64,000 bases of DNA, taken from Deltaproteobacteria bacterium. GTDB lineage: Bacteria; Desulfobacterota; Deferrisomatia; Deferrisomatales; BM512. Each line of letters starts with the position of its first letter. The stretch's first letter is position 1. This document shows, one piece after another, positions 39,256 to 48,211 of this stretch. The DNA lies in NCBI GenBank assembly GCA_030591565.1, contig JAUVAU010000001.1, positions 30,572-94,571 of the forward strand, written 5' to 3'. The notes under the pieces are model-generated. The model had not been told where the DNA came from, did no database searches, and worked only from the letters and a program-made list of their open reading frames with translations. The position numbers and the translations under genes are program-made.

Positions 39256-41997
39256 TCAGAACCTTGAGGATTGCCACTTCAGAATAAGGTTTTTATCACA
39301 AAACGCTTTCGCCTCCGCGAGGGTGTGTACGCCGCGCGCTGCAAGCAGTGGGAGCATTCTTACAAAGATCTGCGCCGTCGTCTTGGCGTCGCCCAGCGAG
39401 GTGTGCCGACCTTCCACCTCTACGCCCATGCGCAAAGCCATGGCTTCGAGGTTGTGCCCCTCATGGTCGCCGTGGACGCCGTAGGAGATGAAAAGAGTGT
39501 CGAGCACCTGGTTTTCCACCATGGGTTGCGCCGCTCTGGTGGTTTCCACCTCCAGCATCTTGATGTCGAAGGCGGCGTTATGCGCCACCAGCACCGCATC
39601 GCCTACCCACTCGACAAATTTCGGCAGCACCTTGCCTGCGATGGGGGCATCGGTGACCATCTCGTCGGTGATCTTGTGAATCGATATGGAGATGGGCGGT
39701 ATCTTCATCCCAGGATTGACCAGCGCGTGAAAGGTGTCTGCCTTTAACACCTTCGTGCCGCGCACGCGCACCCCTGAAATGGAGACGATGCGGTCGCCCT
39801 GGGAGGGGTTGAGACCGGTGGTCTCGGTGTCGAAGACGACGAACTCCAGTTCGGAGAGCTTCGCGTCCAGCTGTGCCCCGGTGACCTTGCCGGGACGCCC
39901 CATGAAGAGGTCGAAATCGTAGAACTCCACCTGATCGTCCGCGATATGAGGCTCGTCCCGATACTGGGAAACCACCGAGGCCTTGCTCATTGCAAGGCGC
40001 ACCTCGAACCCCTCAGGGGTCTTGCGGGTCCATATCTCTCCCCGGTTGTTCTTGACGGCTGTTTCCAGATTCACGGGCTCTTCACCCTCAGGAGAGATCT
40101 GTATCGCGTAAAGCTCGGCGGTGGCTATCTCCCCCTTGGTCACGAGGCGGAAGGTGACGACGACGGAATCCTCCTCGATCTCCAATGCTGTCTCGATGGG
40201 GGTCAAGCCGTCGGATTTTGAAGCGGTCCATTTCAGCGCCGCGCCCATTACCGCGACCCAGGTGAAGGGTTCGACCGCCACATGGGGAGCTTGCTCTTCG
40301 GGCATCGTCAGCTTGACGAAGGTCCCCTCCTCCATCGCGAGCGCCTCTTCAAGGAGCTCCCTGGGGTCGGAGGGCTGGATCGGCCAGCGGGCAAACTGGA
40401 TAGCGGGGGTAGTCAGCTCAAGCCCTTCGAGCACCTTTACCGATCTCTCCGCTTCAGCGGCCAACCCCTGCAGGAATGATTGGCGTCGTTTGGGGTCCAG
40501 ATCGGGGCGCCGCGCCAGGATCTCGGTCAGCGAGTGGATCGAGGCCATCGGTCCCTTGAGGCTGGCGGGGAGGTTGCGCAGCATCTTCTCCGCCTCTTTT
40601 TCACGGACAGCGTCGGCGGACACGTCGCGGAAGACGAAGAGAAAGCCTGCGCGGTCGCCCGAGGGGTCGGGCAGCGGTGTGATGATGCCGGTGAGCACGG
40701 TGGAATCGGCGAGGGGGAAGAGCACTCTTTCCACACCCTGGCGGCCCTCATCCCATGCCGAGCGCAGACGCCTGAGATAGAAGTTGAGCCGCGCCCTGGG
40801 CAGCAGACTCTCCAGCTTGATTCCGATGCCGGAGTGGGGTCCGGTCTTCAGCACCCCCCTGGCCCGGGGATTCATCAGGAGCACTTCGCCATTCTCATTT
40901 GCCGCGACAAGGCCTTCGGCCATCGTGCGCAGAAGGATCGCCAGCCGGTTGCGCTCCCCTTCAAGGCTCTTGGTAACCTGCTCCAGCCGGTGTTCCAGCT
41001 CGCCGTAGGAGTTTTGTAGCGACTCGGCCATATGGTTGAAGTCGTCGGCGAGCCCTTCGAGTTCGTCGCCGGTATCGACCACGATGCGATGCGAAAGGTT
41101 GATCTTGGAGATGATCTCCGCGCCGCTCCTGAGTACCTTTATCGGGCTAAGTATCTTGTTTCCCGTCTTCCAGGAGAGGGCCAGGACCATGATGCCCAAC
41201 ATCACGAGCATGATGCTCGCCTGGGTGGCGGCGAAATTGAAGTCTTCCAGTATGTCGCTTTCGCGCAGTACCACCATCACGCGCCACCGGCTGCTGGCTT
41301 TGCCCCAGCTTTTGCCTACCACCTTTTTGCCGAGGTAGTAGCCTTCGCCGCCTTGCACGAAGGTGTTCCAGGCTGAGGTCCCCCATAAAAAGTGGTGGGG
41401 AATTTGGATCGGGTCCGGTCCCGAGCTGGCCAGAATGCCAGTGGGCGTTACCAGGGAGGCGAGGCCTTTGTGGTCACGCCGAAAGCGTGCTATCTGCTCG
41501 AAGATCATATCGGGAGAGAAGCGTGCGACCACTGCCCCGACCGCCTTGCCGCCGGCTTGCAATATGGGCGCGCTGCACTGGATTGAGCCGTCATCGCCCA
41601 GTACGGTGTGGAGCAACTCCTCGGCCGGCAGCTTTGCCCCTGGTATGATTTCTACCTCAAGGGCGAAGGGTTGCAGTTTTTGGGCGGTTGCTATGAATTC
41701 TTCGGGGAAGGGGGCGGCTTTTGTCAGGTGACGGCGTACCGGCAATGTGACAGCCAGCTTTTGGGTCCAGTCGGACAGCCGCTCAATCTCATCCTCCACC
41801 TGATAGGCGAGAAGTGCCGCTTCCTGGGCCAGGGACTCGCCCATAAACTCCCTTACGTCTGCTTTTGCGATGTGGAAGAGCACCACCATCGAAACCGAGA
41901 AGGGCAAAACCGCTAATGTCACCATCGTCAGGACGACTCTGAAACCGAGCCGTTTGAACAGTGGCAGCTTGGCGGACGACGGTGTTTTGGGGTTCAT
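39256..41997 (-). CDS. transmembrane sensor: periplasmic domain, HAMP, PAS, degenerate histidine-kinase-like core, C-terminal DEDDh 3'-5' exonuclease (DnaQ/epsilon-like)
   Basis: 913 aa with two TM segments. HAMP (SPIKVLRSGAEIIS...GDELEGLADDFNHMAESL). PAS (LLRTMAEGLVAANENGEVLLMNPRA). The H-box-equivalent is PASLKGPMASI, with Ala in place of the phospho-His. The N-box-equivalent is GAALKWT, with Asn lost. Exo I is VVFDTETTG, Exo II is VAHNAAFDIKML and Exo III is HTSLGDA. Confidence 0.8.
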   Translation of the reverse strand: MNPKTPSSAKLPLFKRLGFRVVLTMVTLAVLPFSVSMVVLFHIAKADVREFMGESLAQEAALLAYQVEDEIERLSDWTQKLAVTLPVRRHLTKAAPFPEEFIATAQKLQPFALEVEIIPGAKLPAEELLHTVLGDDGSIQCSAPILQAGGKAVGAVVARFSPDMIFEQIARFRRDHKGLASLVTPTGILASSGPDPIQIPHHFLWGTSAWNTFVQGGEGYYLGKKVVGKSWGKASSRWRVMVVLRESDILEDFNFAATQASIMLVMLGIMVLALSWKTGNKILSPIKVLRSGAEIISKINLSHRIVVDTGDELEGLADDFNHMAESLQNSYGELEHRLEQVTKSLEGERNRLAILLRTMAEGLVAANENGEVLLMNPRARGVLKTGPHSGIGIKLESLLPRARLNFYLRRLRSAWDEGRQGVERVLFPLADSTVLTGIITPLPDPSGDRAGFLFVFRDVSADAVREKEAEKMLRNLPASLKGPMASIHSLTEILARRPDLDPKRRQSFLQGLAAEAERSVKVLEGLELTTPAIQFARWPIQPSDPRELLEEALAMEEGTFVKLTMPEEQAPHVAVEPFTWVAVMGAALKWTASKSDGLTPIETALEIEEDSVVVTFRLVTKGEIATAELYAIQISPEGEEPVNLETAVKNNRGEIWTRKTPEGFEVRLAMSKASVVSQYRDEPHIADDQVEFYDFDLFMGRPGKVTGAQLDAKLSELEFVVFDTETTGLNPSQGDRIVSISGVRVRGTKVLKADTFHALVNPGMKIPPISISIHKITDEMVTDAPIAGKVLPKFVEWVGDAVLVAHNAAFDIKMLEVETTRAAQPMVENQVLDTLFISYGVHGDHEGHNLEAMALRMGVEVEGRHTSLGDAKTTAQIFVRMLPLLAARGVHTLAEAKAFCDKNLILKWQSSRF

Positions 41998-42362
41998 CCC
42001 TGCAAAAGGCCTCGCATGATAGTAAGCAGTTCAGCGGCTTGAAAGGGTTTGGTCACATAGGCGTCGGCACCAAGTTCAAGCCCCTTTTTCCGTTCCAGCG
42101 GTTGTCCCTTGGCGGTGAGCATGATGACTTTAGGCGAGTCGTCGCCAGCTTCTTTCAGCTCGCGGCACACGGCGTAACCATCTTTTACTGGCATGGAAAT
42201 ATCCAGCAGCACCAGGTCGGGCTTGAAAGCTTGCGCCGTACGTAGCGCCTCTTCACCATCGGTGGCGGTTTTTACCTCGAACCCCTCTTCCTCAAGGATG
42301 AACTCAAGGGACAAGAGGATGTTGGGCTCGTCATCAACCGCGAGGATTTTGTGCGCGCTCAT
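41994..42362 (-). CDS. single-domain (REC-only) response regulator
   Basis: Start trimmed to ATG 42362 (MSAHKILAVDDEPNILLSL...DLVLLDISMPVKDG...TAKG...KPF), 122 aa. ATGA overlap with the downstream sensor-exonuclease gene. Confidence 0.85.
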   Translation of the reverse strand: MSAHKILAVDDEPNILLSLEFILEEEGFEVKTATDGEEALRTAQAFKPDLVLLDISMPVKDGYAVCRELKEAGDDSPKVIMLTAKGQPLERKKGLELGADAYVTKPFQAAELLTIMRGLLQG

Positions 42363-42494
42363 TGGTCTTTCCGCCTTGCTAAAAGTACAATGGAAAAATT
42401 CCCCTAATAAACCGTATAAAACCATATTTCGGGTAGAATTTCCAGCTTGGCTTGCGCGGTTGACACCGGGGGGCTGCAGCTTTACCATCCCGCC

Positions 42495-43094
42495 ATGGAT
42501 TTTAATGCTGAAATGGGCAGGCAGGCGAGGGTGCGTTCTCGTCCACGCGGGGTGAAAAGCTACCTCGTGTTTTTCACGACCCTCGTGGTCTTCAGTCTTA
42601 TCATAGCTTTCTGGGTTTCTTCCATACGTGAGCAGCGGGCAATTGAAATTGGCCGGGCGCGTATGGCCGAGGCGACCGAGCTGGTGCGCGTGGGCCGCGC
42701 CCACACCGAGGCCGGACGCTTTGACCAGGCGACCGGGGCGATGGAGAAGGCCCTCACCCTCCTTGAGGCGGACAAAAATATCAGGAGCCACCCCTCATAT
42801 CCCGTTCTGGTTGCCGATCTGGCGGTCAGCCACTTGAGTCTGGAAAATCCCGATAGTAGAGATGTGGCGAGGGCCGTAGCCCTTTTAACGATTGCGTGGG
42901 AAAATTCTTCCGGTAGCGACGCCAAGTTCAGGGCGCGCCTTGCCCGCGACCTGGGTTTTACCACGGGGATCGGCGGAGAGTTGAAGACCTCGCTTTCCTG
43001 GTACCGCGAAGCCCTCAAGCTCGACCCCGACGACACGAACACTCCCAAGCGCATAAAGATGTTGGAACACGCCGCCACAATCGCCCCAAAGTAA
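42495..43094 (+). CDS. membrane-anchored TPR-like protein
   Basis: Start probably ATG 42495 or 42513. TM segment YLVFFTTLVVFSLIIAFWVSS. TPR-like helices (AGRFDQATGAMEKALTLLE..., LSWYREALKLDPDD). Confidence 0.5.
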   Translation: MDFNAEMGRQARVRSRPRGVKSYLVFFTTLVVFSLIIAFWVSSIREQRAIEIGRARMAEATELVRVGRAHTEAGRFDQATGAMEKALTLLEADKNIRSHPSYPVLVADLAVSHLSLENPDSRDVARAVALLTIAWENSSGSDAKFRARLARDLGFTTGIGGELKTSLSWYREALKLDPDDTNTPKRIKMLEHAATIAPK

Positions 43095-43272
43095 CCGCCC
43101 CAAGTAAGCGCCCTGCCCCGGGTGCGATCAAGACAAAACACACACAAAAATTACATGTTTTCCCCCTCCCAAGGCTTGACGCTGGTTGTGGGGGTGGTTA
43201 GGTTCCCGCCACGCACATGGGCCGGGTACGTGGTCCATTGTCAAAAACAGTTGAAGGGAGACGGCTAGCGAA

Positions 43273-43821
43273 ATGACCAAAAAGAAAAAAGAGCCTAAAG
43301 CCTCTAAACAGGCGCTGGAAGATAGCGAGTCTGGAGTTGATGTGACCCGGGAAGCTGCCAAGGGCCAGCCAGCAGGCCAGGAGAGCGCAGAGCTTATTGC
43401 GAAGCTGCAGAGCGAGCTTTTGTACCAGCGCGCCGAGTTGGAAAACTTCAAGAAGCGCACCGAGCAGCGTTATCTCGAATCATTGAAGTTCGCAGCGGAG
43501 CCTGTGATGAACAGCCTGCTGCCTGTTATGGACAACCTGGAGAGGGCTTACGAACACGCTTGTGCCGAGGGAGCCGATGTGAAGTCGGTCGCCGAGGGGC
43601 TCAGCCACATCGTCAACCAGCTTTTAAATGCGTTGGAAAATAATGGCGTTGAGCTTGTTGACGCAATGGGCGAGAAGTTCGATCCCAACAAGCACGAGGC
43701 GCTGGGTCAGGTTCCCGGCGAAGAGAACAACCTCGTGGCGATGGTCCACGAAAAAGGCTACACCCTGAACGGCAAGCTGCTCAGACCGGCAAAGGTCTTC
43801 ATCACCAGGGTTGCCGAGTGA
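43273..43821 (+). CDS. grpE: nucleotide exchange factor GrpE
   Basis: 182 aa. Motifs: LLYQRAELENFKKR, LPVMDNLERA, FDPNKHEA. Confidence 0.9.
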   Translation: MTKKKKEPKASKQALEDSESGVDVTREAAKGQPAGQESAELIAKLQSELLYQRAELENFKKRTEQRYLESLKFAAEPVMNSLLPVMDNLERAYEHACAEGADVKSVAEGLSHIVNQLLNALENNGVELVDAMGEKFDPNKHEALGQVPGEENNLVAMVHEKGYTLNGKLLRPAKVFITRVAE

Positions 43822-43897
43822 TAGGTGAATGGTTATGCTCTCCGTCGCGGGACGGACTAACTAAAAATTTTAGAAAACCAAACATATCCGTGAGGAG

Positions 43898-45802
43898 TTG
43901 AACATGGGCAAAATAATAGGAATAGATCTTGGCACCACCAATAGCTGTGTTGCGGTGCTGGAAGGCGGCGAACCCGTCGTCATCCCCAACGCCGAGGGCA
44001 GCCGCACCACACCCTCGATGGTCGCCATAACCGAAGATGGTGAAAGACTGGTGGGCCAGCCCGCCAAGCGTCAGGCGGTGACCAACCCCAGCAACACCGT
44101 TTTTGCAATCAAGCGATTGATCGGAAGGAAGAACAAGGACCCCGAAGTTGAAAAAGACAAGGGGATGGTCTCCTACAAGATCGTCGAAGGTTCCGCCGGA
44201 GACGCCTGGGTGGAGGTACGCGACAAGAAGTACAGCCCCGCCGAGGTTTCCGCCTGGATTCTTCAGAAGATGAAGCAGACGGCGGAGGATTATCTGGGCA
44301 GCGAAGTGACCGAAGCTGTCATTACCGTACCTGCGTATTTCAATGACAGCCAGCGCCAGGCCACCAAGGACGCCGGACGCATCGCCGGGCTGGACGTCAA
44401 GCGCATCATCAACGAGCCCACCGCAGCGGCGCTCTCCTATGGCCTCGACAAAAAGGCGGAGCTCAAGATCGCGGTGTTCGACCTTGGCGGCGGTACCTTT
44501 GATATTTCCGTATTGGAAATAGCCGAGGGTGTCTTTGAGGTCAAGTCCACCAATGGCGACACCTTCCTGGGTGGCGAAGACTTTGACAAGAAGATCATCG
44601 ACTACCTCGCCGACGAGTTTAAAAAGGAGCAGGGCATCGATCTTCGCGGCGACAAGATGGCGCTCCAGCGGCTCAAAGAAGGTGCCGAGAAGGCCAAGAT
44701 GGAGCTTAGCTCCACGATGGAGACCAACGTCAACCTGCCCTTCATCACCGCCGACCAGTCGGGCCCCAAGCACCTCAATATCCGCCTGACCCGCGCCAAG
44801 TTCGAGCAGCTCTGCGAGGATCTCCTTGAACGGCTGGTGGGACCCTGCAAAAAAGCGTTGGCCGATTCGGGTTTCAGCCAGAGCCAGATCGACGAAGTGA
44901 TCTTGGTGGGTGGCATGACCCGCATGCCCAAGGTGCAGGAGAAGGTCGAGGCGATCTTCGGCAAAAAACCCAACAAGAGTGTCAACCCCGACGAAGTGGT
45001 CGCGGTGGGCGCAGCGATTCAGGGCGGGGTGCTGACCGGCGACGTCAAGGATGTGCTCCTTCTCGACGTCAACCCCCTCTCCCTGGGCATCGAGACGCTG
45101 GGCGGCGTATTCACCCGCCTGATCGAGAAGAATACGACTATCCCGTGCCGCAAGACCCAGGTTTTTTCCACCGCCGAGGACAACCAGGCGGCGGTGTCGA
45201 TCCACGTGCTCCAGGGCGAGCGCGACATGGCGAGCTATAACAAGACGATCGGGCGCTTTGAGCTTGTGGGCATACCCCCGGCGCCCCGCGGCCTGCCCCA
45301 GATCGAGGTTACCTTTGACATAGACACCAACGGCATCCTGCATGTCTCCGCCAAGGATCTCGGCACAGGCAAGGAGCAGTCGATCCAGATCAAGGCAAGC
45401 TCCGGCCTCAGCGAAGAAGAGATTGCGCAGATGGTCAAGGACGCTGAACTTCATGCCTCCGAGGATAAGGAGAATCGCCAGAGGGTTGAGGAGCGCAACA
45501 AGCTCGATGGCCTGATCTACTCCACCGAGAAGAGCATGGGCGAGTTTGGCGACAAGCTCGATGCGGAAACCCGCTCCTCCATCGAAGCGGCCCTGGCCGA
45601 GGGCAAGAGTGCGATGGAAGGCGAGTCGGTCGATGCGATCAAGGCGGCGTATGAAAACCTCACCACCGTCTCCCACAAACTGGCCGAAGAGATGTACAAG
45701 AAGGCCCAGGACGAAGCCGGAACCACGGGCGATGACGCAGGCGGGGCGACTGGTGGGGACGACGATTCGGTGGTGGATGCCGATTTTGAAGAGGTCAAAT
45801 AA
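43898..45802 (+). CDS. dnaK: molecular chaperone DnaK (Hsp70)
   Basis: 634 aa. Motifs: [36 protein letters not shown]. Confidence 0.97.
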   Translation: MNMGKIIGIDLGTTNSCVAVLEGGEPVVIPNAEGSRTTPSMVAITEDGERLVGQPAKRQAVTNPSNTVFAIKRLIGRKNKDPEVEKDKGMVSYKIVEGSAGDAWVEVRDKKYSPAEVSAWILQKMKQTAEDYLGSEVTEAVITVPAYFNDSQRQATKDAGRIAGLDVKRIINEPTAAALSYGLDKKAELKIAVFDLGGGTFDISVLEIAEGVFEVKSTNGDTFLGGEDFDKKIIDYLADEFKKEQGIDLRGDKMALQRLKEGAEKAKMELSSTMETNVNLPFITADQSGPKHLNIRLTRAKFEQLCEDLLERLVGPCKKALADSGFSQSQIDEVILVGGMTRMPKVQEKVEAIFGKKPNKSVNPDEVVAVGAAIQGGVLTGDVKDVLLLDVNPLSLGIETLGGVFTRLIEKNTTIPCRKTQVFSTAEDNQAAVSIHVLQGERDMASYNKTIGRFELVGIPPAPRGLPQIEVTFDIDTNGILHVSAKDLGTGKEQSIQIKASSGLSEEEIAQMVKDAELHASEDKENRQRVEERNKLDGLIYSTEKSMGEFGDKLDAETRSSIEAALAEGKSAMEGESVDAIKAAYENLTTVSHKLAEEMYKKAQDEAGTTGDDAGGATGGDDDSVVDADFEEVK

Positions 45803-45805
45803 TCG

Positions 45806-46012
45806 ATCGCCGACAAAGCCTGTCTTTTCTCCGATTGACTTCGTCAGGCTAAGAAATGATCCTCGAAATACGACAAGTATTCCTCCGGTCGTTTCTTATC
45901 ACCTTCCTTGTTCTCGAAGAAAATCCAGCCCTTGTCAGCAATCGGTCAGGCTGGGTAAGTAGAGTAAGTAGATAGACATACAGTTGCGAGACAACTTCCT
46001 TTTTGTCTGCCT
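45806..46012 (+). repeat. intergenic repeat family B, copy B1
   Basis: CTCCGATTGACTTCGTCAGGCTAAGAAATGATCCTCGAAATACGACAAGTATTCCTCCGGTC...GGTCAGGCTGGGTAAGTAGAGTAAGTAGATAGAC. Begins 3 nt after the dnaK stop and precedes the terminator. Confidence 0.85.
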
Positions 46013-46025
46013 TTGTCAACAGCCA

Positions 46026-46050
46026 GGGGGCGCATTTGCGCCCCCTTTTT
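46026..46050 (+). terminator. intrinsic terminator of the dnaK transcript
   Basis: GGGGGCGC-ATTT-GCGCCCCC followed by TTTTT. Confidence 0.85.
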
Positions 46051-46153
46051 CCATTCAAATGCCCCCGACTCCGACTCTTTTTCAAAAACTACCGCTGGTC
46101 TGGGAAAATCCATTCTGGTAACCTTCTGTATCACTTTTCTTATGGAATACGGG

Positions 46154-48211
46154 ATGAAATTTAAATCGATAATATTGCTCGGTGTGGCGTTCCTGGCGGC
46201 TGGCTGCGCCTCGACTCCCCGGAGCGAGAAAATAAGCGAGGCTTGGTACGAGCCGCGTGGAGAGCTTGTCGGCGAACCTTCGGCGATAGCTCCTGCCAGG
46301 GCTGAAGATATATTGCCCAAGCCCGAGTCCCTGCCTGAATTCACTGCCAGCTCCAGAATGACCATCATCGAGCAGGAAAGCCTTGACTCTCCCCTCCCCG
46401 AGCGAAGCGGTGAGCACCTTTATTGCCAGGCCTTCGCTGCGCTGGATGGGGGTGACCAGGTCAAGGCCCGGATGCTTTTGCGCAAAGCGTTATGGGAGCT
46501 TGACCACGACGACCCGTTGCGCCCCAGCGCCGCCATGGGGTTGGCCCGGCTCTATTACTTCGAGGGTAATTACGGCAGCGCTATAGCGCTGCTGACACGA
46601 TCCGGCGTGAAGCCGGCAGGCGTCGAGGCCTATTTCCTCGCCGACCTCTACCGCGCCCAGGCCGATTACTCCAACGCGGTGGATACCTATCTCGGGATGG
46701 TTGGGGGGATGGATGAAATCGCAAGGGATGAGCTACATGCGCGCATAAGACGGATGATCGACAGGATGGGCCGGGCCACTCTCTCCGAGTTTGCCGCCAG
46801 TAGGCCCTTCACCCCTGAGGGCGGCTATGCAACGCTGAGACTTTCGCGCTGGCTGATGGCAAGTGGCCGGGAGGTTGAAGCGGAGCCCATGCTTGGCAGG
46901 GTGGCGTTCATCTTCTCCGGGTCGCCCATGGGGGAGAGCGCAGAAAAGCTGCTCGTCAGACAGCGCGGCATTCGAAATGTGAGGCCGGGAAATATCGGAG
47001 TCCTGCTGCCGCTAAGCGACCGGCTTGCCCCCTTTGGCAAGAAGGTGCTCCACGGAATTTTGCTGGGCTCCCGGCTTTTCGGCGCTGACACCTCTGGGCA
47101 TGAACAGAAGCAAAATCAAATAACCCTTCAAATAGCCGATTCCGGGGGCGATCCCCTTAAATCCGCCGAGGCGGTGATCGATCTCGCCACACGCGGAGTG
47201 GTGGGAATAATAGGCCCGCTAAAGGGCGAAGCGGCCCAGGCCGCCGCTGAGGCCGCCCGCATGATGGGCGTGCCGCTTGTCACCGTGACCCCCACCGGCG
47301 GCTTCGAGGGCGATGGGGTCTTTAGGCTCTATCTGCGCGAAGAGGATGAGGTGGACCGGCTGGTGGCCCACGCCGTCGAGACCCTGGACATACGCAGGTT
47401 CGCGATTCTGGCTCCCGACAATGAAGCGGGCAGGCGCTATCGCAAGCTCTTTTGGGACTCGGTGGTTGAACATGGGGCGGAGATCGCCGGGGCCAGCCTC
47501 TTTGAGGCGAGTGAAAACATCACCCTTGAGACGCCCATCCACAAGCTTACGGGGATCTACGGGCTGAAGGGTGCAGAGCTTCGCGAGCGGTTCGAGACTG
47601 AGCGCAGGGCTGAGCTTGAGAAGCAGAAGAGTTTGCTCATGGCGCTGGGCATCGCGCTGGGCGAAGCCGAGGCGGGTCTGGATGACGCCGAAAAGGAGTT
47701 CGCAAAGTATGAGCCCGAGCCGCAAGTGGACTTCACCGGGGTCTTCCTGCCGGTGTCCAGCCTCACGGCGGGCCAGCTCGCGCCCCAGCTGCCCTATTAC
47801 GATGTGAACGATGTGGTGTTGCTCGGCATCAGGTCATGGAACTATTCCGCACTCACCAAGGTGGGCAAACGCTACGTCCGGGGTTCGCACTTCCCCGTGG
47901 AGTGGACGGTCGATTCGGAGGAGGGCGCAGCCTTTGCGACTGCCTTTGAAGAGGCCTACGGCCATGCGCCAGGGGTGTTGGAGGCCTACGGTTACGATGC
48001 CGTGCAACTCATCCTCGACATCGCTGCCGAGCTTGAGGTGATGGGCCGTACCGAGCTGCAAAGGGGGTTGGAGATCGTCTGGGCCAAACCGGCGGTTACC
48101 GGACCGCTCACCACCCATCCCGGCGGAGAGATCGCTTCCGAGCCTAAATTGATGAAGGTGGTCGGAAGAAAAATCGTCCCGGCCACAAATGGGAAAGAGG
48201 CGCGGCAATGA
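46154..48211 (+). CDS. lipoprotein with TPR region and type-1 periplasmic-binding fold (LpoA/LppC-like or LivK-like)
   Basis: Start trimmed to ATG 46154. Lipobox MKFKSIILLGVAFLAAGC. Central IGVLLPLSDRLAPFGKKVLHGILLG and IGPLKGEAAQAAA are typical of the PBP1 fold. Confidence 0.55.
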   Translation: MKFKSIILLGVAFLAAGCASTPRSEKISEAWYEPRGELVGEPSAIAPARAEDILPKPESLPEFTASSRMTIIEQESLDSPLPERSGEHLYCQAFAALDGGDQVKARMLLRKALWELDHDDPLRPSAAMGLARLYYFEGNYGSAIALLTRSGVKPAGVEAYFLADLYRAQADYSNAVDTYLGMVGGMDEIARDELHARIRRMIDRMGRATLSEFAASRPFTPEGGYATLRLSRWLMASGREVEAEPMLGRVAFIFSGSPMGESAEKLLVRQRGIRNVRPGNIGVLLPLSDRLAPFGKKVLHGILLGSRLFGADTSGHEQKQNQITLQIADSGGDPLKSAEAVIDLATRGVVGIIGPLKGEAAQAAAEAARMMGVPLVTVTPTGGFEGDGVFRLYLREEDEVDRLVAHAVETLDIRRFAILAPDNEAGRRYRKLFWDSVVEHGAEIAGASLFEASENITLETPIHKLTGIYGLKGAELRERFETERRAELEKQKSLLMALGIALGEAEAGLDDAEKEFAKYEPEPQVDFTGVFLPVSSLTAGQLAPQLPYYDVNDVVLLGIRSWNYSALTKVGKRYVRGSHFPVEWTVDSEEGAAFATAFEEAYGHAPGVLEAYGYDAVQLILDIAAELEVMGRTELQRGLEIVWAKPAVTGPLTTHPGGEIASEPKLMKVVGRKIVPATNGKEARQ

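Noticed and set aside
43095-43272. CIRCE (HrcA) operator or a sigma-32 promoter upstream of grpE-dnaK.
   Set aside because: There is no TTAGCACTC-N9-GAGTGCTAA-like inverted repeat. CTTGAC is present, but no CCCCAT-type -10 lies at the right spacing. Evidence is insufficient to call either.
43802-45676. Very long antisense ORFs opposite well-conserved genes. Examples: 43802-45676 opposite dnaK, 5324-6571 opposite glmS, 7588-9042 opposite pcrA, 13960-15141 opposite the hybrid kinase, 22172-23233 opposite bioF, 53941-55236 opposite rnr and 55727-56917 opposite ubiB.
   Set aside because: Their translations are low-complexity and rich in Arg/Gly/Ala/His/Pro, with no recognisable motifs. Each one mirrors a gene with unmistakable family signatures. 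This is the typical stop-codon-poor shadow frame of GC-rich DNA.
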